A stretch of 63,899 bases of DNA, counting the filler, from Perkinsus chesapeaki ATCC PRA-425 (Eukaryota; Protista; Perkinsozoa): assembly GCA_013115145.1 (NCBI GenBank). It is 3 parts of 3 records of this genome, joined end to end, with 100 filler letters (N's around TTAATTAATTAA, not from the genome) between each part and the next. Parts side by side here need not be neighbours in the genome. Positions count along the whole stretch, not along the records: positions 1 to 31,007 come from JAAPAO010000428.1; 2 more parts are not named here. One strand, 5' to 3'. The position numbers were made by a program, and so were the translations under genes. This document shows, one piece after another, positions 1 to 10,761 of the stretch. Each line of letters opens with the position of its first letter. The first letter of the stretch is position 1. The notes beneath the pieces were generated by a model, which worked only from the letters and a program-made list of their open reading frames with translations, searched no databases and was not told the DNA's origin.

Positions 1-1072
1 CAGGCCTCAAAGGACAAGTATCTGGTTTATTGCTTTGCGCGTTTGAGTTGGTTACAGTTCTACGGAACAGCAGCTAGGGTTATAAAACAGACCTGGTCGG
101 AGATAATCGCGAACAAGCCAGATTCATACCTATTGAAATCTATCATTGAGAAATACATCGATGACGAAGTTAGCCCATCATCCCAATTGCCTCGGTTAAG
201 CTATACTGGCATCGCTATGAATTGGCTTGCGAGCTACTCCGCCAGTCCAATGGAAAGGCTGTCACTTTCGATAATAACACATGGCCTGAAAAAAGACTAC
301 TCTTTACCATCCGAAGAACCAGCCATAGTCAAGAAGGGAATCCGCGCCAAGGTTCGTGTGTCTCATACTTGCGAAACCTGTTAACATATTGCCTCTTAGA
401 AACCTGCGCCTTGGCATGGAGAGAATTGCATTTTGAGAGTCCCAGAAAATATGCTTAATGGAGATATTGTTTACCTTCAGCTATCATTCGACGCTGAGCA
501 CGTCTTCGTAGGGAGCACCTTTGCTGGCCGAGAATAGTAAGTCGCTTCATTCTTACAATAAATTTTCTATTGGCTATGAAATTCTCTCGACAGATATGCA
601 CTATACAACTTGATAAAATTGACTGCAACCTTTCCTAATTTTATTTCACCACCAGCGAGACTGCTCGTATCGAGCTCGAAACATATGCGAATATCTCGGA
701 ACTATAGCTCTTTTAAATCTCGAAGTTGAGTATTGCGATTCCTTCAGTAATATGCCCACCTCGAAGAATGTGACAAAGGTTGTTAAAACGGCTATACGTG
801 CCTCGAGGAAACCCCAGACGTGCGGTAAAATTTTCAACGTTCTGGTCTGGTCTATGTGGAACACCTTCATCGATCTGTACGTCCCTAATACTGGCATTCG
901 GGAACATGTGAAAGAACTGACAAAATTGGAGATTAAAGAGTTCTTCCTGAGGGAAAATGATAATATATTCACAGAAGATGACTGGTTAAGTTTAATCTCT
1001 TTGGCCATGGCGTGGCTTGTCGGGAGTTCACCTCGAGTTCATATATACTATGGAGGATCAACGATCCTATAG
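1..1072 (+). other. Unidentified, probably degenerate coding-like sequence
   Basis: Frame 1 is open from base 1 to 384 and resumes after stops. A second ORF lies at 752-1072. No recognisable motif; could be a decayed retroelement or pseudogene. Confidence 0.2.
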
Positions 1073-2469
1073 GCAAAGTGGCCAGCTGATCGTGAGTCGA
1101 AGTAATTGCATGGCTATCCTGATGTTGATGTTATTCACCAAAAAAGCGTCTCATTGCGTTCTGACACATGGTGAATAACAAGTTAACGGTGCCCAGGGCG
1201 TAGCCGCAAGGCGACAAAGAAACAGTAAATCTTTGGAGTAGCTTTGTTTCTTCCGGGCATTCCCTCGGCAAGTTGTGGAATACTGTATTTCCGGGCTTCG
1301 ATGCCGGGTGAACCCGGCAAGATTCAAAAATCGCGGTTTAGTTGGAATTCGGTTATGCCAGGTGACTTGTCAATTATGTACTACATAATATGTAGCGATT
1401 ATACCTTTGCATGACAGAGATATCTCATTTTGCTGGAAGAAAAAAACCGCTGCACTACGATCCAGTCGAGATTGACTTTAAGCGGGATCGGTTTCCGTAG
1501 ACCATAGAACTCCCTTGTAGTCGATCGCTTCTCAGGTATTGTGTAGTGTGGACACAGTTGCCGATCATCTCATGGTTATTGCCATTCATAGGACATGTTG
1601 GAATATGCGACAGCACGGGAAAGGTAATTCCTGAGGTTTATTCTTCTCGCTTTTAAAGCTAAACGATCGCATTAATGCATAAATTTTGCACTCCAACCCA
1701 CACAAAAATCAGCGCGGGAAAATGTTATAATTGACCAAAAGATTTTCAATGATGCTAAATCTAAGTGATCCATGGAAACTCGAAATGCGTCGCATTAGAC
1801 GTGAGTTTTCTAGGCGGCCCATTGATTCGACGCTTAAGGGCCCGAATAATGCCCTCGTGTCACCCGAGGGTATCGTTAGATTCGAGTCGAGAGTCCTGAC
1901 TCAGGACCAACATCATTGGTCCGACAAACAGTTTGATCCATATTATATCTCTCAAGGCAAATCTATTTCTGTCACGACTACTGTAGTCTAGTCGAGGTCG
2001 TTGCCTTTTCTCACCCAGTCATGAATCGCCAGAATCGAGACTCTTAACTGTGCGATCATTGATCGCGCGACCGGCTCGAGTAACTAGATTCTCGGTCTAC
2101 GAGTCTCATAAACTACAGTCTAGTTTATGAAATACATGGACCGAAAATCAATGGAAAGCACTGATGAGAGAATCTCTCATCAAGTTGAGATCGGATCTCA
2201 ACTTGAGATTCTCAAGGCTGATTGAGGCTACGAGACTTTTAGTGGCCTCTGGCAGACTACCAGTGGCAGCGCCAGACTGGGCCAGTCTGACTGGCACACG
2301 GGGATGTCAGACAATATCAAGTATCAATACAGGTTGGATTTGATACAGCCTGTATTAACAATTGGCGAGCATCCGTTCCATGATTCATACAGCGGAGGCT
2401 CGTCAAGATGGAAATAGTGTGTTGAATTCTTGTCTATCACCGTGATAGTATCACGGCCCGTCAAATCAT

Positions 2470-2590
2470 GGGCCCAGCTGATGAAAGAGTACCTGACAGC
2501 GATGTGATCTACTCATTGGGCTCTCTATAGCCCTGATCTGAACCCCATTGAAAATCTATTGGGTGATTTCAAGCGTAGAATTCACTCCGT
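2470..2590 (+). mobile_element. Degenerate Tc1/mariner transposase relic
   Basis: 2517-2585 translates as WALYSPDLNPIENLLGDFKRRI, matching the Tc1 WPxxSPDLNPIExxW..LKRR catalytic-E motif. Upstream sequence has stops and frameshifts, and no TIRs were found. Confidence 0.65.
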
Positions 2591-3245
2591 GATCGGACCA
2601 CGGTAGTCCGAGCTTCAGACTCCGATGGAACAAAGATGAACCGCGAAGCTGCATCTTGGAGGAAAGGAGATCAGCGGCAGTTGAAGAATACCGCATTCTG
2701 ACTTGTTCCGCAGCAGCGACGATTGCGATGAAAAATAGGGTTGCACTACGACTGCAGAACGTGGCCGTTGCAGCAGCATTTCGAGAAGAAACGCTTGAAT
2801 CCGGCCAGGGCTTTCGAGCGACAAGGCATTACAGTGTCCTTTGTGAGCCATACCGCATTGGTGTGATAACATGGGCAAAGCTCTCGAGGAGGCTAAGACA
2901 TTTAATAACCCCTTATGTACTACTAACCATGCCTTCGTAGTCTAGTAGACTGCTGATTAATAATCACTGCCATCGTGTATTTGAGTTGGACATGAGGTTG
3001 GAAGTGATTTCTTATCTACCCAGCTGATTGTGTAGAGCTCGAAATATGTAGCTTGCTGGCCCCGGGGGCGGCTCCATAGTGGAGCCTCCACTAGATAATC
3101 TAGTCTACATTCCCCAGTCTCCTTCTGTGTCGTAATTTCGAAGCATAGGATGAGGTGTATGCTGCTAATGGCGAAAGTGGGTCATCCAACTGGGGTGCAT
3201 GCCGCATGCCAGGAAACGCTTACACATGAGAGAACATCTACTCAG

Positions 3246-4333
3246 GTACACGACTTCGCTGGCTCCTATTTTATATCGGTCGACGAGATGGGCTTTGCTA
3301 GGCCCATGAAGTACATGCATTTGTATCCAAATGCTCAAGAGCAGGATGCCTGGGACACAGCGGTGAGATACAACTATAGCTTTCGGAAATGTCCTGCTGT
3401 CACTCGGTGAGGGTTGGATCTTCGGGTAGCGAATTGCTACTGGTGATAAGGATATACTATAATAGCTGGTGTCGCCTTACGAAGAAGTCACTCATCAGTA
3501 AGCCACCGAGTCGGTTGCACCGATAGTGATAACTACTACTCGAAAACTTCGAGTCGAAATTGTGGCCTCCCTGACATATCTTAAGACATTTTGATAAAAT
3601 GATCATAATGTTATCTAGCTACTAGAACGTTAACACTGACAGACGTTCATGACATGGATTCTTCTCACCAATTGATTGTACTTCGAGACTTCATATCTGC
3701 CATTTCAGCGAATTTCGCGGTTTATTTCCAAGTTTGTTTTTTCGATTCCTCGGTAAGAGCTTCGAAACTTTATAGGAATATGCCAATGAAAAAAGGGTTC
3801 TGAAGTTCATATCCTACTTACATATGTTCACTCCCTTGATCGACAAATTTCACACATCAAATTTACTGAATGTGAAAAAGGCCTCGAGCAGCCTGCTCAT
3901 AGCAGGTGTTAGAGCTGTGAACTTCAGATTCGAGCGGCGGATTCTACTTTCGAAAAGCGAAGTCATAACATCATTTGCAACAACTGTCATCATCACGTAA
4001 GTCATCGTTCCTTACGTTCATCGACTTGTCGTTTTCCGGAAAACATTCCCGTAACAATTGAGATTATGCAGGCGTTGTCAATCCCTTAACAGTTCCGCTA
4101 ATATTAGGTAGTGGAATGCTTGAACGACATGCAATATGGAGGTTCTCGTAAATGGAATCAGGCTACTCTATGTTGGTTACTTCTAATCAATGGATGCTTT
4201 GTGTCCTGGAAAGCAGCGGTAAGCATGCTCTCCTCAGCAAGTACTTGAAGCTGTATTCCAGGTTCAGACATGGGGCCCGTTTGTATTCATCGTCACGTTA
4301 CTATCGGTTATGCCATACTTGAAGCACTTATAA
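3246..4333 (+). CDS. TMEM222: TMEM222/RTE1 (DUF778) family membrane protein, multi-exon, 5' end unresolved
   Basis: GT-AG exons give VHDFAGSYFISVDEMGFARPMKY..AWDTA, HNIICNNCHHH, CLNDMQYGGSRKWNQATLCWLLLINGCFVSW and VQTWGPFVFIVTLL..KHL*. These match the family motifs DFAGPY..AWD.AV, HNL..DNCHSHVA and KTWLPF. Confidence 0.75.
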
Positions 4334-4453
4334 GTTTCGAACACGCACCTGTTTGTCTTGTCAGTGTTAAATTGAAAGCCTTCCACGGTTCGAAATTATA
4401 CATTATTTCTTCAATCCGAATCTGGCAGTTCTCCTTTATTATTATTCTTGTGC

Positions 4454-5926
4454 ATGCGTGCTATTTCTATATATGGAATTCTCATACCAGCTGTTTACTC
4501 TGATAACGAGTTTTGCTTCCAAGATGTTAATATTAATTATCATGCATTTGTCGAATATTCTGGTACTTTAACAAATGATAAATGTTCGCAATGTTATAAA
4601 ATTAATAGAAGTAAATACTACATTGGTGATGCATATAAAAATATAAAAGATGCACCTGAAAGTGTTGGCATATGTTTACCGATAACATGTATGGAATGGC
4701 ACGCTAAATTATTAATTCATCAATTCTATAATACAAATGTAATTGCTTTTATCAACTTGAAAGAAGTTTCAATTGATGATTGCAATGATGATAATAAAGA
4801 TGAGGTTGCTGTTTGTATTGAAGGGCCAATTGGAAGAGCATCTTTAGAAGTGTTGGACTCAATTAGGCAAAACGTTATTCGACCAATGAAAGGGAAAGTC
4901 TTCTTCGTCGGCGATTTCGATAAAAAGTCAAATCGAACAATCGCGGATATTTTACAATTCCTCCGCATCGGTCTCGGTGAGATTGACTCATTTGACATTC
5001 GGGAGGATATTACACGAGATGAAGCTTTGGTAGAATTCATAAATGAAAGTGAAGTTGGTGAAATAATTATCAATCAAGATTGGCTTACTGGAAGGGAAAT
5101 ACTCAATTTAAAAGGAAAACGAAGATGTTTGGAAATAATTGAAAAATGGGAAGAAAATAATTTGATGAAATTTGATTATATTTTCTACACAAGAATTGAT
5201 CTGATGTGGTTGAGTAAACCTCCACCATTAAATGTTTTGAAATATGTTAAAACAAATGATGATATTATATGGATACCCGATAGTGAAGATTGGAGAGGAT
5301 TAAATGATAGAACAGCAATAATGAAAAGGCAACTGGCAAATGTATACTTTTACCGTTATGATGTTTTTATTAATGGTTTAATACTGGATTATTTAAATAA
5401 TATAAATAAGATTAGTTACATTGGAGTTGACGATGATGAAATGTTTAATAAAGTTGATTTAAGTATCAATCCAGAAATAATCCTCAAAATGCATTTATTA
5501 TATAATAAAATAATCATTGGACGTTATCCAACTGTAGCTGCAATTAGAACATGTCAACAAGGACAACAATGTATTGGTAAATCAACCAAATTGAATAATG
5601 GATTTCGATTCATTGCTGAACAATCTGTGGCGCGCGGTAATTCATATCTTATAAATATATTAGGTTGGCGATGGTCAATTGATTCTATCCCTCAATTATC
5701 TCCTCCTTGTTTTCAAACTTATCAAGAATATCAATTTTGTTGTGAAACTGATGCCGCCATTTACGGAAAGACTCTTTGTTATCTCGATGGCAGTTATTCA
5801 TTTCATAGATGTTGTGATAATAAAACAATAACAATTGGTTTATCAAAAGCTCACAAAAGTTACGATAACAATGATTCATGTATTAATGTAATTGGTGATG
5901 TAAAACTTTGTTATTATTTTAAATAA
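4454..5926 (+). CDS. Intronless secreted glycosyltransferase-like protein with Cys-rich N- and C-terminal modules (copy 1)
   Basis: 490-aa ORF from ATG 4454 with a hydrophobic leader MRAISIYGILIPAVYS. Core motifs VAVCIEG..R, FDYIFYTRIDL and WIPDSEDWRGLNDRTAI resemble the AVC.SG..R / D...R.R.D / NDRFA family of GT-A-like proteins. GICLP..C near the N-terminus; C..YQ..Q.CC..C..G.YSF.RCC at the C-terminus. Function is inferred. Confidence 0.8.
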   Translation: MRAISIYGILIPAVYSDNEFCFQDVNINYHAFVEYSGTLTNDKCSQCYKINRSKYYIGDAYKNIKDAPESVGICLPITCMEWHAKLLIHQFYNTNVIAFINLKEVSIDDCNDDNKDEVAVCIEGPIGRASLEVLDSIRQNVIRPMKGKVFFVGDFDKKSNRTIADILQFLRIGLGEIDSFDIREDITRDEALVEFINESEVGEIIINQDWLTGREILNLKGKRRCLEIIEKWEENNLMKFDYIFYTRIDLMWLSKPPPLNVLKYVKTNDDIIWIPDSEDWRGLNDRTAIMKRQLANVYFYRYDVFINGLILDYLNNINKISYIGVDDDEMFNKVDLSINPEIILKMHLLYNKIIIGRYPTVAAIRTCQQGQQCIGKSTKLNNGFRFIAEQSVARGNSYLINILGWRWSIDSIPQLSPPCFQTYQEYQFCCETDAAIYGKTLCYLDGSYSFHRCCDNKTITIGLSKAHKSYDNNDSCINVIGDVKLCYYFK

Positions 5927-6018
5927 ATAAATATTATTTTTATTAATAATTGATAATTAACCATTCTCATCATTTGTTGTTTCATCACTTCACAGCACTC
6001 ATCTGGACAATTCCTTAA

Positions 6019-7691
6019 ATGGCCCATCAACCTCCAAGTGTCATAAAAGATACTTCTAAAGTAACATCAATTATAACCTGATAATAATTTATTAATTTCA
6101 GGTCACCTTCGTTCCATCATCAGCAACTATCATCCCACCTAATGTTTGCTCTTCCATAAATCCGCCATCGATGAGGGAGGTGATTATTAATGTCTACTTA
6201 ACTTGTTATTATTGGTCAAATCAGTTTACTTATAATACTCGACTATCAACTCGTACTTTACCATCGATAACTTCAACTTGGTTACCTCCACAAGAAGTTA
6301 ACTCATTTAAATCATTTCAACAACCAATCGACAATCAGTAATTATCGCATCGACGCTCTTTATCATAATTATTTATTATTTTCAGTCAATCCATTTTCCC
6401 TCCTCTTCCACTCATCAATTCGACGATTCCCTCCCAAAAGGTAAATCATCATAAAACGGCGTCTGGCAGTGATGCTCAATCGATTCCATTTTTCCATTTT
6501 CGTATCATTCAATCGCATCACAGGCCTTCATTAATAATTCCTACTTTGAAACTAGTAGGAGATTATCTAACACATCAAACCAGCAGCAACAACCTCATCA
6601 TCATGATTCGATCAAAACATCAACAATTATAAAACCAAAGATGAACGGAATCGATTATCAACAAGCTGATCTGAAATGGCGTGTAACTGAGACAAGAATG
6701 TTGAGTATGCAAATTGATTTTGGAAAAGGAGAGTTTGAAATAAATGGTAAAACTAGTAAGTATATCTTAAGCATTTCCCCATCATTAATCAGGTATCCCA
6801 CTTTATCTAAATTTAGATCATCCAACTACTCCTGGTGAGACTGGCCTTCGTGTTTGGGATGCTGGAATATGCATGGCGAAGTGATTTAATAACTTTTATG
6901 AAACTCAAACATTCTTTTGGTAGATATTTTGAAACTCATTTGGAAGATATTAAAGATATGAGAAAAGTTGAAAGACTGAAAGTGAGGATATTTTCCCGAC
7001 GTGTGAAGAGATTTAACAGATTCTCGAACTCGGTTGTGGTAGTGGAGTTGTCGGCATTTCTTGTTCATTAACTTCAACACCTTGTGATGTTATATTAACC
7101 GATCGAGCGATTATTAAACCTCGGACTGAATCAAACGTGAGATGATCGTCTCAAACAGAAGTTGAGTGGCAGCTGACCAGATTGATATTAATAAGGAAGC
7201 GATTGCGAAGAGAGGGAATACATGTTGTTATACAGTAAATAAAAGTAAGATACGAATGAATTATCGAATCGATTAGGTGATCGATTGGAAGGACCTAGAT
7301 AACAGCGAGTATGATTGGTCTTCTCCTCCTGATATTATCATAGCAAGTGATGTCCTCTGGTCGCAGGTATTCTTACATTATCATACTTACAAATTTACAC
7401 TTTAATCAGGTATTCGTTAAACCATTCGTTGAGACACTTTTAAAGGCTTCTCCAAATCACACAAATACTCCTGACTTTTATATTTGCCAGAAAAGTCGCA
7501 ATGTGGATTTGGATGCTCTTTGGATTAATGAAGTATCCAAGCATTTCGAGGTCAGCAAACATTAATTCAATTCGATCGCGAAGTTGCCAACTTTAATTTA
7601 TTCTCAGTTGTTGGATGAATGTCGTTCGACGGAAGTCCTTCCTGAAGAATATCATCACGCGAGAATTAACATGTATCATTTTAAAAGGTAA
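6019..7691 (+). CDS. METTL21/Methyltransf_16-family SAM-dependent (lysine) methyltransferase with S/T/P/Q-rich N-terminus (copy 1)
   Basis: Spliced reading from MAHQPPSVIKDTSK (6019) through GETGLRVWDAGICMAK, ILELGCGSGVVGI (motif I, ~7020), VILTD and PDIIIASDVLWSQ to INMYHFKR* (7689-7691). Short GT-AG introns keep the frame open. Confidence 0.85.
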
Positions 7692-8172
7692 CAAAAGTTA
7701 AACAACATTTCATTTATCATAATACTTAGACGATTGAAGGATTGTTGAAGTGTATCCTCATTTGCATGTCTTAATTATTAAATAATAACCATAAAGGTTT
7801 CGAACGATCATATTGAGTGTTGTTGTCTTGAAAGTACACTATTATTGCATCAATCTATCATGGAAATCAAAAACACACAAATGATTCGAAACTAGAACGA
7901 TGGCATGCCACTGAGAGCTATTGAGCGATAAAAGTATAAAGATATGATGCAGTGTCGTACTATAGCTGGGCGGAAAACAGAAGCCTCAATCATCACAGGG
8001 CAAAACGAGCGGTTAAAGAATGATAAAAAATGAAAGATAAGAATGATAATGAAACTTCGTGGCGGACCAGATGCGTATGGTTTGGCGGGTAAAAAGAGGC
8101 ACCTAGGGCCAAACATTGAAGGAACACCATAAAGGTGAAGCTCAGGCAGCTGTAGAGAACACGGGGAGCATA

Positions 8173-9458
8173 TTGTGCGTCCAAATTCGTTAGGCAAATC
8201 CGAAAAAAAGCTATAACTTGACGAGTAAAACGAATTTCAATAAGAAATCAACATATGTTGCGTATTCATGTGGGACAAGTATAACTGTCATGACAAACCA
8301 AATCGATCGCCGTTTCATTGCTCTAGGGCGAGCGAAAAGTCAACTGGCACGTCTTGTTACCGTCCAAATTTGTTGGGCAACTCAACACATTAGGTCTTTG
8401 TACATGAGAAACTTTACTTTATTTCAACTTGCATGCACCCACATACCCTCCCTTACACTGGATGACACGATCTACCCTAGTATCTGCTGACTCGGTCAGT
8501 TTTTTCACCGTCTGGGAGTCAACTGCCTTGAACTCTCGCTTGATCGCTTCCCATAGCTCGTCGGTCGAGTGATACTGGGTCCCGTTGCGATAAAGACCCC
8601 TAAGAATTATTTGTATAGGCTTGGGGACTGGGCGGCTTATAATATTACTGTTTGATTATAGCCCACAAGTGTTCTATAGGATTGAGATCTGGGCTATTCG
8701 GTGGCCACTTCATCAGGCGTGACCCACGGAAGCCCTTCTTCTCCAGAAATGACCGTGTGAAGCTCGAGCTATGTGATGGTGCGTTGTCCTGCATAAGCTT
8801 GAGCTTTCGTTTACGCGCCGTGGCCTGCGATTTATACCAAGGAATGAAATCTTCTTGCAGAATTTTCATGTACCTAAGACTCCTACGTATTGCGCTTTAG
8901 CGAAGCACTTTGACTCACTCTTCCGAGTTGATCTTGACGCCCTTTGGTACCCTAGTGGGGCCTATAATCTCATCGTCAACGATTGCAGCCCATATCATTA
9001 CTCCTCCCCCTCCCTGTTGCCTCTTAAAGCGCCCCGGGACCTCCTTCCCATTGACCACCCACCCCTTTGCCCATCCATCGGGGCCATCGAGTGATGCGCT
9101 CGTTTCATCCGTCCAAATAACGTTTGAAAAGTCCTCTTTTTTGTATGTGCGGGCCCATTCCAGCCTTGCCGCCTTATGTTTCTTGGTCAAGGAGGGCCTC
9201 GCTTCAGGCTTCCGGACCTTTCCTATTTCCTTGAGGACATTGCACCGTGTTGACTTTCCTTATTTGGACGGTAACAAGACGTGCCAGTTGACTTTTCGCT
9301 CGCCCTAGAGCAATGAAACGGCGATCGATTTGGTTTGTCATGACAGTTATCCTTGTCCCACATGAATACGCAACATATGTTGATTTCGTATCGAAACTCG
9401 TTTTATTCGTCAAGTTATAGCTTTTTTTCGGATTTGCCTAACGAATTTGGACGCACAA
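8173..9458 (-). mobile_element. Tc1-like DD37E (TRT-type) DNA transposon, internally deleted, ~197 bp TIRs, TA target duplication
   Basis: TIRs at 8173-8369 and 9262-9458 (ttgtgcgtccaaattcgttaggcaaatccg...), flanked by TA at 8171-8172 and 9459-9460. Encodes a transposase on the minus strand. Confidence 0.95.
8419..9259 (-). CDS. DD37E transposase, 5'-truncated, two spliceosomal introns (8874-8918, 8600-8648)
   Basis: Motifs IWTDETSASLDGPDGWAKGW, RQQGGGGVMIWAAI, QDNAPSH followed by 37 residues to SPDLNPIE, and DELWEAIKREF..KGGY..*. Removing the 45 bp and 49 bp GT-AG introns joins the three ORF pieces in frame (NSEE|YMKIL; IIKQ|GLYRNG). No start codon and most of the N-terminal DNA-binding region is missing. 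Confidence 0.9.
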
Positions 9459-9779
9459 TATATCGAGCAGACTTACCTGAAAGCACGCATAGATGCTTCA
9501 AGCATCATACTTGTAGAGCCAGAGTCGCGAAGGAAAATTTCTCAGTTGAAGCCCGGGCAACTGAGACGTAGAGACCGGGCCTAGGTACAGTAGGAGCAAT
9601 TACAAATGGCCTATCACAGATTATTAGTGAAATGTTCAATTTAAAGTAGCTTGAATCATCTAGTGCGAGTGTTCCCACTCACATTAGCTACGTGATCTAC
9701 ACAGCTGCACGGGTTTTTCCACCCTCAATAAGCCTTGGGTTAGGATTATAAGTGTCCCTGGCGCCATGGCGCCAGCCAG

Positions 9780-10591
9780 AAGCTCCTGTGTTTCTTCTTG
9801 AAGCAAATTCATGCCCGGTCCGGGCGGGAGCCTGTTGTTGTGCAACTGCACAACAATGGAGCCTTAAGCTCAGCTCGACGCTAGTACTGCTACTAATGTA
9901 CTAAGTTAAGATTAGATTTCCAGATTCTTGCCTCACTTTGGTTCCTTGAGTTCCCTGATGGTTAACAGAGCCAACCAGCTCCCTGGGCGCCCCGGCCCTC
10001 CGAGCCTTAGGCTGATAATTAGCGCGACAGTTCGCCTGTTGTGGTTCCTTTAGCCCAAAGTGAGTCACGCAACCACTGATGCGCCATCCACCTCGCGGAC
10101 TTGGCAATCCGGAGACTGGGAAAATAGACAGCAAGGAAGGTACGGACGCGCCGTCCGACGACAACACCACCCGAACTCGGAGATTAGAGATTCCATGAAC
10201 TGTTAGAGAGAATTGAGCTGCAGCAAGTGGCAGGTCCATCACTACCGAGTCCGACTCGGCGAGTCGGTCGTCATTGATCCTATAACACACAGATTGAGCC
10301 AAAATAAGGCTGCTCTCGTATCACAGTCCTTTGAAAGTAGATCCAGAAAGTGTACGCATGCACTGTACGGGTGTCACGGAAAATTAGACAGCAAGAACAA
10401 CTTACAGATGTTGTGGGTCCAGATTGATCCCCTCTTGCTATGTTGCTGATCTCCCCAAAACTTGTTATGTCCCGAAGGATATTACTATATCCTGGAGAGT
10501 TGTCTGATGGATTAAACCTTCGCCATTCCCTGTATAGCTGTCGAGCCCAATATCGACTAATTGCGTAGAGTAGTTGTGTTTGCATACACAT
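9780..10591 (-). other. Broken ORFs, possibly a decayed retroelement ORF1/gag remnant
   Basis: Two offset ORFs (10280-10591, 9901-10302). PRGGWRISGCVTHFG..QANCRANYQ loosely resembles eroded CCHC knuckles. Not diagnostic. Confidence 0.2.
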
Positions 10592-10761
10592 AGATTGCTG
10601 CAGAACTTGTGTGCAGTTAGTGTGCTTATACCTAGTGCCCCAGGGTCGTAGTATTGGTATTCTGGCTCAAGGTCCTTTGTTATGTTACTCTTAGGAGTTC
10701 ATCAACTGATACCACGACACAGATAAACTTAAGGCATTCTCACATCAGGCTTCTCTTTTCA

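Larger units (their letters stand above)
4349..8160 (+). repeat. Left arm of ~3.8 kb inverted duplication (partner ~19090-23029)
   Basis: Reverse-complement match to the right arm from ctgttt..cttgtcagtgttaaattgaaagcc (4349) to gctcaggcagctgtag (~8155). One internal segment near 8015-8060 is replaced by different sequence. Markedly AT-rich. Confidence 0.95.

Noticed and set aside
646-1008. Integrase-like string (VPHRPDQNVENFTARL) in ORF 713-907
   Set aside because: Weak resemblance only, antisense to a more protein-like ORF, and no DDE residues, RT or LTRs nearby.
4726-5073. Antisense ORFs conserved in both arms (also 5685-5879, 6886-7080 and their mirrors)
   Set aside because: Shadows of the sense genes, preserved simply because the arms are about 96% identical.
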